A DNA stretch of 64,000 nucleotides from Trichosphaerium sp. ATCC 40318. Its lineage: Eukaryota; Protista; Tubulinea. Each line of letters opens with the position of its first letter. Positions within the stretch are counted from its first letter, which is position 1. The notes under the pieces were generated by a model. It had not been told where the DNA came from. It did not search any database and was given only the letters and a program-made list of their open reading frames with translations. Below, piece by piece: positions 1 to 15,000 of this stretch. A program made the position numbers and the translations under genes. The stretch lies in the NCBI GenBank assembly GCA_038496445.1, contig JALMLS010000354.1, positions 310,001 to 374,000 of the forward strand, read 5' to 3'.

Positions 1-38
1 CTTTTTTTATCTTTTTTTTTATTTACAACATTCTTAGA

Positions 39-3000
39 TTCAACACTCTCTATCGCCGTATTTCAGAGCTTTCCAACAAGAAAACTCAAGTACCCAGTAT
101 AGCGCGTCTAAGGAGTCAAAAGAGACTGGCGCACAGGCTATTACAAAAAAGATGGAAGACTTGGAGTTAGCGCTCTATAACTGTAAACTTAACTTACGCA
201 TTCCCTCTATTACACTAATGTGGGATCCAGAAGTAGTTCAGGCAGTAAGCAAGGTACAGTTCACAAAGTTGTTTGAGTATTATTCGCTAAAAATAACTGC
301 TTTTAAGGACGTGGATATCGATGATCTACCTTTTGCTTCTGATCCTTCTTTTTTAAACAAACTTCAAAAGCAAGCTACTGAGTGGACAAAGGATATTCAA
401 CGTGTTACAAAGCTTGAGCAGATTGATAATATGCCAGGAGACGCAACAACTTCTCAAGAAGTACAAAAAACAAAAAGCAATCTCTGTGTCACTAGGCTAA
501 TTTTGTGCGTTAGGTTCAATTCTGGATGGAGTTGTCGAGAGAACTTAGTCATATTTCTCTTCAGCTGAAGTCACGTGAAACCTTACTAACGCTTGCTATA
601 CTCAAGAGAGCAAGGCGTTATCAGGCAACTACTCCTTTTGATATGGATACCATTGGACTAAGATCTGCAACTAAAAAGTTGACAGCATACAAGCCAATAA
701 TGAAGGATCTTCCTATCTCAGAGTACGTAGAAGTTTCACAAGTACAAACTAAGCTAACGTTCTCTCAAAAGCCTTCTTATGTCACGTACAGTACCTCAAT
801 TAACGGCAGCAGTAAAGAAGATCTTCGAGCAATTGAAAAGTACAAAGACTCATCAATATCCAACAAAGAGATACCTCATGCTCATAGAGGTAAGCTTTTA
901 TCTTCTTCATACGTAAAATCCCTTTTGACGCTCTGTTTCAAGGCTATTTCCAGAGACGTTAAAACGAAATTGATAGAGATACTGCAGTACAAGCGTAAGT
1001 TTCTCGTTTTGTTCTTGTGTTCTTTCTTCTTTGGTTTCTAATCTCTTTTTGACTTAGAGCTCATGAGAGAACCTTTTGAAAGCTTCAAATCTAAAGTTTC
1101 AGAGTGCAATGTATTGTTTGCTTGTTGGGCAGAACAATTCAGTAGATTTAGAGAAATCTTAAGAGAGCTAGCACATAAACGACAGGTACACTTCCAGAGA
1201 CTCGTGTTTTTGATCTATTTTTGGAGGTTTTTGTAGCACTGACCTCAGAAATAGGAATATGATGTTGCTGTTCTCATCAATGCTGCTCATAAGTCTATGG
1301 AAATGCATCTCTACAGAATGTCTAAGTTCAGACACGTGAGTATTTCATACTTCTTCAGTTGGAAACTTATTTATTTAATAAGGATCACCACGCACTTGCC
1401 AGTGTAATTGAAAAGGTCTTAGTTCCTACGGAGGAGTTTGATCCTGCGCAGGATATAAGAAATGCATACAACCTTACTTGTCAAGCTGACGTATTCAATG
1501 ATACAAGGTAATCTCTTTTTCACGTTTATGACTATGCTTATTGATTTGTAGCGCTGATGCTTTGGTGTGGAATGAAGCCACAAAGAATTACGAAGATATT
1601 ATTGCAAAGGCAGAGATGAAAATAAAAGACGAGCTGAGAAACCGTCTTGAACATGCAAAGACTGCAACAGAAATGTTTCGTATTTTCGCAAAGTACAATG
1701 CTCTTTTCTTCAGACCGCGTATCAAGGTAAGAGGAATACATCTTGTGTGATTCTGTTTCTCATTTTTTTCACAACAGGGTGCTGTGCAGGAGTACCAAAT
1801 ACGGCTTATAAAGCGAGTTAAAGAAGATATTGAACGCCTTCATGATAGATTCAAAGGGAGGTATCATAACTCTCAAGCAGCAAAAATGTCACGTTTGCGT
1901 GATATCCCACCTGTATCTGGTGCGATTATATGGGCTAAACAAATACAACGTCACTTGGAGGTGAGAATTTCGTTCGCGAAACAAGAAACTGAGAATAGTA
2001 CTCAAAAGTTCAGAAGTTGAGTTTTTGTTTAGATTTACATTGAACGTGTTGAAAACGTTCTTGGTCAAGGATGGGTTTACGATACGGAAGGAATGAAGCT
2101 CAAAGAAGACTACACCAAGTTTTCTGCAAAGCTTGATACAGACAAAGTAAGTACCGATGAACAAAAATTTCGTGAGGTAATTGACTTTTTTTAGATATTT
2201 GACGACTGGGTGGAATCAGTTAAGCATAAAACGTTCGAAATAGGAAGTGCTATTTTCGCTGTTGTTGATAGAGATGACAAACTTCATTTGGAAGTGAATT
2301 TCGATCCAGAAATTATCATGCTTTTCAAGGGTAACAAGCACAAGCCTTTTCGGTTTTCTCGAATCTTCTACATATGGGATGGAATACTAACTATTTTTTT
2401 TAGAAGTACGCCATTTGCAAGGCATGGGATATCGTATCCCTATTGGTATTTCTCTTCTCGCTTCTGAAGGAAAACAAGTTTATCCTTACGCTGTGTCTCT
2501 CCGTGATATTATTCAGGCACGTGCCATGAAAATAACGTTTTGAAACCACAAGAAAAAGACAAGTTCGCTTACAGCAGTCTTATTCATTCCCTTTTTAGGC
2601 ATATGAAGAGACGTTACTGGATGTAGGAGAAGACATATCATTACTTCTTGCACAATACCAAATAGGAGTTCAAAAGTTGATAGAGCAAGGTATAGTGCTT
2701 GACTTCTTCTTGTTGAATTTTTATAGTTTATATTTTTAACTCGTTTTATAGGCGCTTCTTTGACATGGGAGGCCTTATCTCATCTTGATCCATACGTCAC
2801 TGAAATGTCAAACTGTGTATCAGAGTTTCAAAAGAAAGTGAGCGAAATAAGACAAAAACACAATGTTATCGATAGAGCTCTCGAAGTACGTAATCATGGT
2901 CAACTTAACTCCCCTTCTATTGTTTAACCGGATTCTAAAAGGAACTTGAAACATGCGAATTGCATCCTTTGGCTATGGCTGCACATTTGAAGGATATACA

Positions 3001-6000
3001 AGATACTATTGATAAACTCAACTTAGAAGACAACTCAAACTTGGAGTACTGGACAAAACAGTTGAACGCAAAGGTATAACATTCTTAAAAGTTCCCTTGT
3101 TTTACACTTTATAGGTCGAAGCTGTACTACTGACCAGGTTAAAAGGAGGCGTTGGTGACTGGATAGTTGCTTTTAAGAAGCAATCAGATCAAGCACAGTT
3201 GACGTTAACACCTTTATCAATGCAGTAAGTGTTTGGCTTTATGAATGAAAGATTTTTCTTATCTTCGTACTAGAACTGATAAAAAATCTGATTCAGTACC
3301 AGTTGTGATACAACCAGCACAGCATGAAATAGTGATCCGCGATCAGGTATGGATGAAGCAAAGGATTTAAGAGACTCAGACTGACGTAACTATTTAGACA
3401 ATGCAACTTGATCCACCTTTACCAGTTGCGAGAGAACTTCTTATGCAGAACTTCCATAGTTATCTCGGTGCTATCACAAAGCTTAATGTTATTGTAGCAA
3501 AGCGTTATGACCGTGTCTTGGAACAAGAAGACGATACAATGCCACAAGAAGAGACATACGCTCACATTGTACGAACACAATCACCTCCAAGCATTCGCAC
3601 CTGATTTTTTCTTCTAGCTTAAAAAGTTGGCTCCAGGAGTTCTTGAAGAGGCTTATGATCTTATATCTGGTAAACTAGATGAAGTGAGAGAGTATGTGGG
3701 TAAATGGGTTCAGTACCAATCGTTGTGGGATGTCGATCCAGGAAACCTTTACAGTCAACTTGGTACAGACCTCAAGGAGTGGAGAGATACTCTTATTGAG
3801 ATAAAACGTGGTCGCAGAACTTTCGATACATCAAAGCAATACAAGGCAATACAACCAGTTTACTGGTATGAATTATAAGTAATATTTTTGTATAGGACTT
3901 TGGTACTGTTGTAATACTTTATGGCAACGTACAATCAAGTGTTAACAACAAGTACGATTTCTGGCACAGAGATATTCTTTATCATTTTGGTCAACATCTC
4001 GGTGATGCTATGAAGACATTACACGTGCGTTAGAGTCACTTAGAAGTGTGTTTTATGGTAGCTAATATGCTGGTGTAGTCAAAAGTGTCAAGAAGTAGAG
4101 TTGATCTAGAAGACCAAACTATTGAAACCGCTTCAACAGCTCAAGCCCTTGAGCTAATCCTTCGTCTACAAGAACTTAAAAAGAGCGTAGAAGTACGCTA
4201 TTCTAAGTAATAGTCAAGTTTTTCTAATTTATTTTTACAAAAGGGATGGGGAAGCGATTTAGATGTGTACAGGACAGGTCAAGAGATTTTGATGAGACAA
4301 AGGTTTCAGTTCCCAAAAGACTGGCTTGAATTCGATATGGTCGAAGGAGAATGGAATGTTTTCATGCAAATCATGGATACAAAACTAAAGAAGCTTGACT
4401 CTGAGGTAAAGTTTTCTTCATCTGCCTTTTTTGAAAAGAAGCTCTTACTTTTGTTCATTGTTTAACACTTTCATGCTAGATGCCAACTCTGCAAAGGAAA
4501 ATCAATGAGGAAGGAAAGAGTTTGACTGAGTCTATCATGCTTCTTATTGGCGATTGGTCAGCTGACAAGCCTTTGGCAGGTGACTTAAAGTACGTTGTAA
4601 AAATGACTGTTGGTATCATTGATCGTTTACTAAATCCGCTTCACCTTCAGAGCATCTATTGCCATGTCCAGACTTTCTTCATTCTCTGAGCGTACTACAA
4701 AATTACAAAATGACTGGCAACGTGTATCCAAAGCAAAGCAAGTTCTTGGAATGGAAACAAAAGAAGGAAAAGATCGCTTAAAACCAGTTCAACAAGAAAT
4801 CAAAGATCTTCAAGAGATCTGGACAGAACTCGGTAAAGTATGGGAAGTTATTGACAAACAAAAAGAGGAATCATGGTCTGCTGTCCACCCTAGAAAACTA
4901 CGAACAGTCCTCGAAGCACAAATAGGTAACACGAAGATTTGTTTTCTTAATATTTTCGCAACTAATTTTTTCCGTGTTTAGATCACCTCAAATCTCTACC
5001 TAATCGTATGAGACAATACGCTGCTTATACACATGTTAACAGAACATTAAAAACGCTGCTTGATACTAACATGACTGTCAACGACTTGCACTCTGAGGTA
5101 TTTCTTCAAACAGCTAAAAACAAGTTTTCTTGTTTATTTTTTGCTAACTCATTCTGAAGGCTCTCAAAGACAGACATTGGCGCCTCATCAAGGCAGAACT
5201 TAAGGTTGACTGGGTGTTAACTGAGCTTACACTCGGTGATGTTTGGGATGCTATAATCTATAAGAACGCAAATGATTACTTCAGGGAGATTGTCACTAAA
5301 GCTCAAGGTGAACTCGCTTTGGAAGAGTTTATTAAACAAGTCAGAGAAACATGGAACAACTACGAACTTGATCTTGTCAACTATCAGAGAAAATGCGAAC
5401 TCATCAAAGGTAAGAAAACATGCAATCTTAACTTTATCTTACGTAAACACAAGGTTGGGACGAGTTGTTCGAAACAGTTGCAGACCACTTGGGCAGTATA
5501 GTTGGTATGTGCTTTAAACGTTTTATAGAGTTAACCATGGAATAGCCATGAAGAGTTCGCCTTTCTTCAAGGAGTTTGAGGACGAAGCAGAGAGCTGGGA
5601 ACAGAAGTTAAACAAAATACATGTAACTTTTGACACGTGGATTGATGTACAACGTAGATGGGTATACTTAGAGGTACATAACACATACACGCATCATCAC
5701 ATTCTTATTTCCTACTTAGAACATCTTTTCTGGTGCTGGAGACATAAGACGTTTGCTACCAAGAGAAAGCTCTCGTTTTGATTCTATTAACGCTGAGTTT
5801 CTATCTTTAATGCGGAAAGTTAGCAAGCTTAAGTTAGTCGTCAGTGTTGTTAACATTGAAGACGTTTTAAAGACTCTAGAGAGATTGAGCGACTTGCTAT
5901 CGAAAATCCAAAAGGCAAGCAGGATTTTTGATTTAACGATGAGCCTAATGTTAACGTTTCCTTTAGGCTCTTGGAGACTACCTTGAGAAGCAACGTTCAG

Positions 6001-9000
6001 CTTTCCCTAGGTTTTACTTTATCGGTGATGAAGATCTTCTCGAAATTATTGGTAACAGTGACGATATGTACGTCTTGGGGATTCGCACGTGGTGTCTAAC
6101 TTATGTCAAAACAGATTGAAAATTCAAAAACATTTGAAGAAGATGTTTGCTGGGCTTTCACAACTAGTACTATCACACGAAGGAGATATGATAGTAGGTA
6201 TTGCTGATGCAGTTGGAGAGCAGGTTGAGCTCAAAGAACCGATTACATTAAGCGTACGCCATTTTGTTCGTTGGGTGGTCACGTTTTTCTTAACTTCTTC
6301 TTGCAGGAATTGAAGTCAATAGATGCACGTCTGAAAGCTGTTGAGAGAGAAATGAGAAGAACTCTTGCTATTATGTCCAAAGAAGCTGTACACGAGATAA
6401 AATCTATTCGTGACGAAGTACAAAATTACCCAACAGCTTATCTAAAGATGGTTCAAAAATTTCCAGTTCAAATAGCTGTTCTTGTATCACAGGTACGCTA
6501 ACACTTCATCCTGTCTTACCTCATACATACAAAGATTGGATGGTGTGAGTCAATAGACAAATGCCTAGCTCAAGAAGATGCGTCAGCAGCAATCGAGGAC
6601 GAGCTAAAACTTACAATACGTACACTGAGTACACTTGCTGATCAAGTTATGCAAAACCTTGATGCAATCACTCGTAAAAAGTATGAACAGCTTATCACAG
6701 AAATGATACATCAAAGGGATGTATGCCGTAGGGTACTATTATTCAAAGCGAAAAAATCCAGCACGTGAATGTCACGTGATATTAATTTTATTTTAGTTAC
6801 TTAAAGACGGCATTGATTCTCCAACATCGTTTGATTGGCTGTCTGAGCTTCGTTTTTATTGGGACGACAGCTCTAAAAACATTCTTGAGAACTGTGTTAT
6901 TAAAATCGCAAATGCTTCGTTCTTTTACGGATACGAATACCTTGGCGTAGCCGATCGCTTGGTACGTACTTACCTTTTAGTTTCTTTCGCATATATTCAC
7001 TAATGATAATAGGTACAAACACCACTTACTGACAGATGCTTCTTGTCCCTTACTCAAGCAATGGAAGGTAGAATGGGTGGTAGTCCTTTCGGTCCTGCTG
7101 GAACAGGAAAAACAGAGGCACGTGCATATCTTTTTTCTTCAATTTAAACTAACCACAACAATAGACTGTTAAACAGCTTGGTTCACAACTTGGACGTTAC
7201 GTACTTGTATTTTGTTGTGACGAGGTAAACCAGTGAACACCACTCCAAGCGCATTTTTGACTTTCCTCAGGGCTTTGATTACCGTGCTATGTCTCGTATT
7301 TTCCTTGGTCTTTGCCGTTGCGGCGCATGGGGTTGCTTCGATGAGTTCAATAGGCTCGAAGAACGTATTTTGTCCGCTGTTTCCCAGCAGATCCAAACAA
7401 TACAGATTGCTCTCAAAAACAGAGCTGATACAGTTGATATGCTTGGAAGAAAAATAGACTTGAACCAAGACATGGGTATCTTTATTACAATGAATCCAGG
7501 CTACGCTGGTAGACGTAACTTACCAGATAATTTAAAGGCACATATTATTCACGTGTTCGATTACACTGACAGGTTTTGTGTTAGGCTCTTTTCCAAGGCA
7601 TTGCTATGATAAGACCAGATAGAAAGTTGATTGGTCAGGTCATGTTGTACTCTCAAGGTTTCAAAACTGCAGAGAGGCTATCAGGAAAGATTGTACCTTT
7701 ATTCAAGCTTTGTAAGGAACAGCTGTCTCCACAACCGCATTACGATTTTGGATTGCGTGCGCTGAAGAGTGTACTTGTACGTATTCTACTTAATGGGTTT
7801 TTGAAACATCACTAAAATACTCAGGTACGTGCTGGTAACTTAAAAAGGCAAATGATGGCTGATAAAGTTGGAACTGATGAAGAAGAAATTGAAGAACATG
7901 CTCTAGAAGATTGGGAGCAGGTACGCTAAGAAAGATTCAAAGATTATTGTCAGCCACATATTTATTCACTTTTTAGGATGTGCTTATTTCAAGTATCAGC
8001 GATACTATTGCTCCAAAACTTGTATCTGAAGATGTTCCTCTATTCTACAGTTTACTTTCTGATGTATACATATAACACAGTTATATAAAATTTTACTAAT
8101 GCACGTGTAGGTATTCCCTGGAGCTGATATCCAACCGTTCCAAGTAAATCAACTTTACGAAGAAATCATTAAGATTTGTAAAGAAAAATGCTTAGTCGCT
8201 GATAAGGTAACCCAAAAACCCGTGCTAAACCTGAAGAGAAAATGATAGGTTTACCGTAAACTAACGTGGTTTTATAGAATTGGGTATCAAAGATTCTTCA
8301 GCTTAACAAAGTGCAAACATTAAGTCATGGTGTCATGCTTGTAGGACCTGCTGGTTCTGGTAAAACAGAAGCATGGAGAGCTCTCGTTGAAGGTATAGAG
8401 AGAGTATCAAGTACGTCCTTTAACCTTGTGATGAAAGGATTAGTCAGTTTAACACTTATACGTAGAGATCAAGTGTGATACATACGTTATTGATCCAAAA
8501 GCTATTTCTAAAGATGAACTTTTTGGTACTTTGGATCCAACAACGAGAGAATGGACAGACGGTATTTTCACGTTTGTTCTTAGAAAGATAATTGATAATT
8601 TGCGTGGTGCGTATAACAATAACCAAATAATGTATCGCTTTCACAGCTAATATCATTTTAAGGTGAGATGGACAGAAAGCATTTCATTGTTTTCGATGGT
8701 ATGTGTTTTGGTGATTCTTTTTTTTGTCCTAACTTTGCACGTGCAGGAGATGTCGATCCAGAGTGGGTAGAGAATCTAAATTCTCTTCTAGATGATAATA
8801 AACTATTGACTCTACCTAACGGAGAACGTTTGGCTCTTCCTAACAACATTCGCGTTTTCTTTGAGGTAAACTTGTTTTATCCAAATTTCTTAAATATTGA
8901 CAGCACGTTGCAGGTTGAACATTTGAAATACGCTACTCCTGCTACAGTATCAAGATGTGGTATGGTTTGGTTCAGTGAGGACACCCTAGCTACAGAGGTT

Positions 9001-12000
9001 ATAATGACACAGTACCTCGATTCTCTTCGTTCAATACCAGTGACAGACAAGGTCGAATTTACAAACGCCTCACAAGATGAAGTTTCTCCTATAATTAAAA
9101 TACAAACTCAAATATCAGATATATTACAGCCTTTCTTCAAAGCCGGAGGCATTGTTGTACGTCTCGCAAACAAAACAATATTTACTTTCTTGAACCAATT
9201 GCCTAATTGATCTAGGACCGATCACTTCAACACGCTGCCTCTGCTACACATATCATGGAATTTGTTAGATTCCAGAAACTTTCTTCATTGTTATCCATCA
9301 TAAACGGAGGTACGTCACGTGTTATCGAAGTTTTTGGGTTTGTTTGTTTGTTTCACATCATGATCGCTCACAAGGCCCTTTCTCACTTTTTTTACAGGTA
9401 TTATTCAAATACTCAAGTATAATGCAACGAATTTTGATACCTGGTTATCGAAGGATATACTAAAACAGTACATGGAGAAACGTCTTATCTTTGCTATACT
9501 TTGGGGTTTTGCTGGTTCCATGTCTTTAAGAAACCGCGAAGAGTACAGTAGACACGTAGCATCTATCGCTCCAACAGATGTCCCTGACCCTAAGGGTCCT
9601 CCACTGATTGACTTTGGCCCAGATTTGACAACAGGAAAATGGGTACGCTCCACTTTCTAACAAGAGCTTTTGGACTAAACTTAGTTTGTTCTTCTAGAAA
9701 TTATGGTCAGATGGTATTGCTCAAGTTGATATTGATACACACTCTGTACTAAGACCTAATTGTGTTATACAAACTGTTGATACTACACGCCATGTTGAAG
9801 TACTTAGTTCATGGATTCAAGCAAGCCAACCACTTATTTTATGTGGACCTCCAGGTATGTTTCGTTTTCTTCAGTTTAGTAGTCGCGCAGGGTTTCTTAC
9901 TAACAACACTTAGGTTCTGGTAAAACTATGACTTTGGAGAGTACCCTCAGAGCTATTCCTGATCTTGAACTTGTTTCTTTGAACTTTTCAAGTGCTACAT
10001 CTCCAGAACTCATCATCAAGGTACTGTGATACTCACCCTCAACCCTGAATCATTTTGTTGCTCACTTTACAAACAGACTTTTGATCACCATTGTGAGTAT
10101 TCCAAGACACCAAAAGGAACTTTCCTTAAGCCTAGAAACCACAGTAAACGTCTTGTTGTATTCTGTGATGAAGTTAATTTACCTGAGAACGATCTTTATG
10201 GTACTCAAAAGGTAATAACATTTATAAGACAGATAGTTGAGCAAGGAGGATTCTGGCAACCTCAAGGCAAGTTAAAGATATCCTTCAGAAAATGTTCCTC
10301 CTTCTAACCTTGAAACAGAGCATATCTGGGTCAACGTCCAGAACATTCAATTTGTTGGTAAGTACATGCACGTTATGTTGTGAGTTTTGATAAGTTTTAC
10401 AGGCGCTTGCAATCCTCCCACAGATGCTGGTCGTGTTCAAATCACACCGAGATTTCTTCGTCATGCTCCTCTTTTATTTGTCGATTTTCCTGCACCTGCT
10501 TCTTTGAAACAGATCTACGGAACATTTAACAGAGCATGGATAAAGCTACTACCAAACCTAAAGCAATACGGAGACGCTGTTACTGATGTACGCCTTCAAA
10601 AATATCAGCTGCTCTTTTACTAATCGAGTGTTTAAAAAGGCAATGGTTGAATTCTACTCAAAGTCGCAGCAAAAGTTTACACCGGACTTACACGCGCATT
10701 ATATATACTCTCCTAGAGAACTTACTAGATGGATGAGAGCTATGTACAAAGCCGTAATACCTTGGGAAGGAACAGGAACCTTAGATGAGCTCGCAAGGTA
10801 ATCAACTTTTTTTACAAAAATAGAAATCTTACTTTGTTCCAAAAAGGTTGTGGGCACATGAAGGCTTACGTCTTTTCTCTGATCGCCTTGTCGAAGAAGA
10901 AGAACGTACATGGACTGCGGACTTAATAGACGAAGTAGCAAAGAAATACTTTCCAAGCATTTCTGATTCTACATTGAAAAGGCCTATTCTTTACTCAACT
11001 TGGCTAACAAAGAACTATCAATCTGTTGATCGTGAAGAGCTTCGTAAGTATGTTCAAGCAAGGCTTAAAGTATTCAATGAAGAGGAACTTGATGTCAAGC
11101 TTGTAATCTTCGACGAAGTATTAGATCACGTACTTCGTATCGACCGCGTTTTCCGTCAACCTCAGGTGAGATTTATTTTAAAATGCGAACACTGTGCTTA
11201 TTTATTTTAGGGTCACGCCTTACTCATTGGTGTTTCCGGTGGTGGTAAGACTGTATTGAGTAGGTTCGTTGCTTGGATGAATGATTGCGATTTCTTCACT
11301 ATCAAAGTCAACGCAAACTACGAAGCAGAAGACTTTGACCACGGTTAGATATTCATTGTTATCACTTTGTGTCTTATGTTTTTCTTAGATTTACAAGTCG
11401 TTATGAAGCGAGCTGGTGTTGATAGAGATAAAATATGCTTCATCTTTGATGAATCCAATGCAGTAGAGAGTAGTTTCCTCGAAGTATGGAAACTATCAAA
11501 CGAATCAATCCAACTAATTTTTTTCTAAATAGAGAATGAACACTTTGCTTGCTGGAGGTGAAGTACCTGGTCTATTTGAAGGAGATGAGTGGACATCACT
11601 TATGCATCAACTTAAAGACTCTGCTAATAAGAGAGTATGTATTTTAAGCGCTCGCTAAAAGTAATTTTTTGTGAAGGGACAAATGCTTGATTCTGATGAA
11701 GAGCTTTATGATTGGTTCTGTCAAGGAATTCGAAAAAATCTTCATGTCGTATTCACAATGAATCCAGCTAGTCCAGACTTTCATAATCGTTCTGCTACTA
11801 GTCCTGCTTTATTCAATAGGTGTACTTTAGATTGGTTTGGTGAATGGTCAGACACAGCGCTCTTCCAAGTACGAAACAGAAAGTTGCCTTCAGTTAAGTT
11901 GTTTTTCCAAAAAGGTCGGAGTGGCGTTCACTAAGGATATTGAAATACATGAAGATATTCGTAAAGCAACGATAGGATCACTTGTGTATACACACAATAC

Positions 12001-15000
12001 TATCCGTGAAGCAAACGAGAGATTGGCGAAGAAGGGTAGACATAATTTTGTAACTCCAAGGCATTACCTCGATTTCATCAAGCAGTTCAAATTACTAAGT
12101 ACGCAAGGATACAATCACGTGGTTCACTACAAATATTTAATTGCTTTGTTCATAGTCGATGAAAAACGAACAAAACTAGAAGAGCAACAACAACATCTTA
12201 ACACAGGTTTAAGAAAACTTTACGATACAGAAGAAAGGTGAGTCCAGTTCTCTTCTTGAAATATTTTTTTGTGACTCTTTTTCAAAGGGTTAAGATGCTT
12301 CAAGAGAGTCTTAGAGAAAAGAAACAAGAGCTACAAGCAAAGAACCTTGAAGCTAATACGAAACTAAAACAAATGGTTGCTGATCAACAAATTGCTGAAA
12401 CAAAGAAGCAAGAAGCTGAAAAGCTTCAAGTTAAAGTAGAAGCACAGAATGCAGAGATTGCTAGCCAAAAGAAATCTGCTTATGCTGATCTTGAGAATGC
12501 TGAACCAGCCCTTATGGAAGCAAAGAATGCAGTATCAGGCACGTCATTTCGAACAACTACATTTGAATAACAGATTCTTAAAGGAATTAAGCCTAAACAT
12601 CTACAATTTTTGAAGTCATTGGCAAGACCACCAGAGGCTATCAAAACTACACTGGAAGCTGTAGTGCTGCTACTAACAAAAAAGACAAAGGATTGGAAGG
12701 GAATCCGCGATGTTGTATTAAGCAAGGACTTTATTGGTGCGTTTTGGTTTAACGACTTGAGCTAACTGATTGTTAGCCCAAATTGTTGATTTTGACTCAA
12801 ACAAAATTGATAAAAAAACACGTGCAACGATAGATGCAAAATATATATCAGATCCTAATTTTACATATGAACGTGCAAACAGGGCTAGTGAAGCTTGTGG
12901 ACCTCTTGTTAAATGGATACGTTCAATAGTTGTATGTTTTCTTTTCATTTTTTTCAGAATTTTTTTTTATTCCCACGTGATTTGTTTATTGAATACTCGT
13001 TATTAGATGTACTCCAAAATTTTGCATAGTATCAAACCTCTTCGTATCAAAGTCGAGAGACTCGAAAAAGAGGGTGCAAAGCTTGCAGCTCAGCTTAAAC
13101 AAGTACAATCGAATGTTGATCAACTTCAGAAATCGATCGACACATATAAGGTTAGATTCTTTGTTTTATATCGCTTTATTCTCACTTGTGTCTTCTTTAT
13201 AGCAAGAATATGCTGTTCTCATTGGAGAGTGCGAGAAGATAAAAGAAGAAATGAATAAAGTAGAAACAAAAGTAACAAGATCTGTGTCGCTCTTGAAAGG
13301 ATTATCATCTGAGAAAGGAAGATGGGAAGATGAAAGTAAACAATTCGAGGTTCGAATAGAATTTGTCACGTAATACTTGCTATTGTTAGCTAACGATTAT
13401 AGGAACATATGTCTACTGTTGTAGGAGATGCTCTATTGTCCGCTGCTTTCCTAGCTTACGGTAAGTTTTTGTATGAACGTTTCACGTGATATTTACTTTT
13501 TTGCTCAACAGCTGGATACTATGATGAAGGATGGCGTGCTCTACTCATGAAAAAATGGGTTGGTCATCTAGAGAAGAGTGGCCTCAAATTCAAAAAAGGT
13601 TTGTCGATAGTTGAATACCTATCAACACCAGAAGAAAGGTAACATAAAAAACCTCACAAACAACTTCGCTTTTACAATCTAACATGTCTTTTAAGGCTTC
13701 ACTGGCAATCTGAACATCTACCAAATGATCCGTTATGTCTAGAGAACGCTATCATGCTTTCTAGATTCAATCGTTACCCTTGTCTTGTAGATCCAAGCGG
13801 ACAAGCCGGAAAGTTTATCATGCTTCACTACGCCGAGAAGAAAATCACAAAAACAAGTTTCCTGGACAAAGCGTTTATGAAGAACCTAGAGAGCGCCTTG
13901 CGCTTCGGAAGTACGCATTTTTTACGTCAACCTGGATTCATCTTTCTTAATTTTTTCTAGCTCCTTTGCTTGTTGAAGATGTTGAACAAATTGATCCAGT
14001 ACTTAATCCAGTACTCAATAAAGAGATCAAAAAGAGTGGCGGACGTATTCTTATCAGACTCGGAGATAAAGATGTCGATTTCTCTCCATCATTCGTTATT
14101 TTCTTGTCAACAAGAGAACCTAACCCTAAGTTCACACCTGGTACCTATCATTCTTTAAAACTAGTTGCCTTGTTGATTGTCCACTCTAGATTTATGCAGT
14201 CGTGTGACCTTTGTAAACTTCACCGTGACTCCGAACAGTCTACGTAGTCAGACTCTGGACGCTGCTCTTAAATCTGAGCAACCAGAAATGTACAGAAAAC
14301 GTATTGATCTTATCAAACTTCAAGGAGAATTCAAGGTAAGTACCATCTTGAAGAACAATGTTTATCTAAAAACTACTCTACAGGTGAAACTCCGAAATCT
14401 TGAGAAGGGTCTTCTGGATGAGCTAAACGCTATTGAAGGAGATATTCTTGAAGACGATAAAATCATTGGAACTCTAGAGGTACATTATTTCAAAAATATT
14501 TTGAAAATTAACAGTACTTCTGTAGAACTTGAAAACAGAGTCACAAGAAGTCAAGGCCAAGGTAGCTGAAACAGATCATGTCATGGAAGCCATTAGACAA
14601 AAAGGTACCAAAAATAACATGTTACTGCTCCATTGACAACCTTTAAGGACAATTGTATGCTTTATTGGCGAATGCTTGTTCAGAGATTTTCTTTACACTT
14701 GTTGAGTTGAATCGCGTACACTTCTTGTATCAATACTCATTGAATTTCTTCTTGGATGTATACAATGGCGTACTAGGTACCAGCGTCGCACAAAGCATGC
14801 CCAAGCAAATGGCTAACGTATTTGATTCAGAGAAACAAACAGGTTTAGAAAACGTAACTGAAATCGATGCACGTGTAAACCAATTACATGCAACTCTATT
14901 GGAAGAGATCTACAGTAAAGTATCGAGAAGTCTACTACAAGACGACAGACTATCTTTTGCTATCAGACTAGGCCAAATCAAGTACGTGAAGCACTACGAC

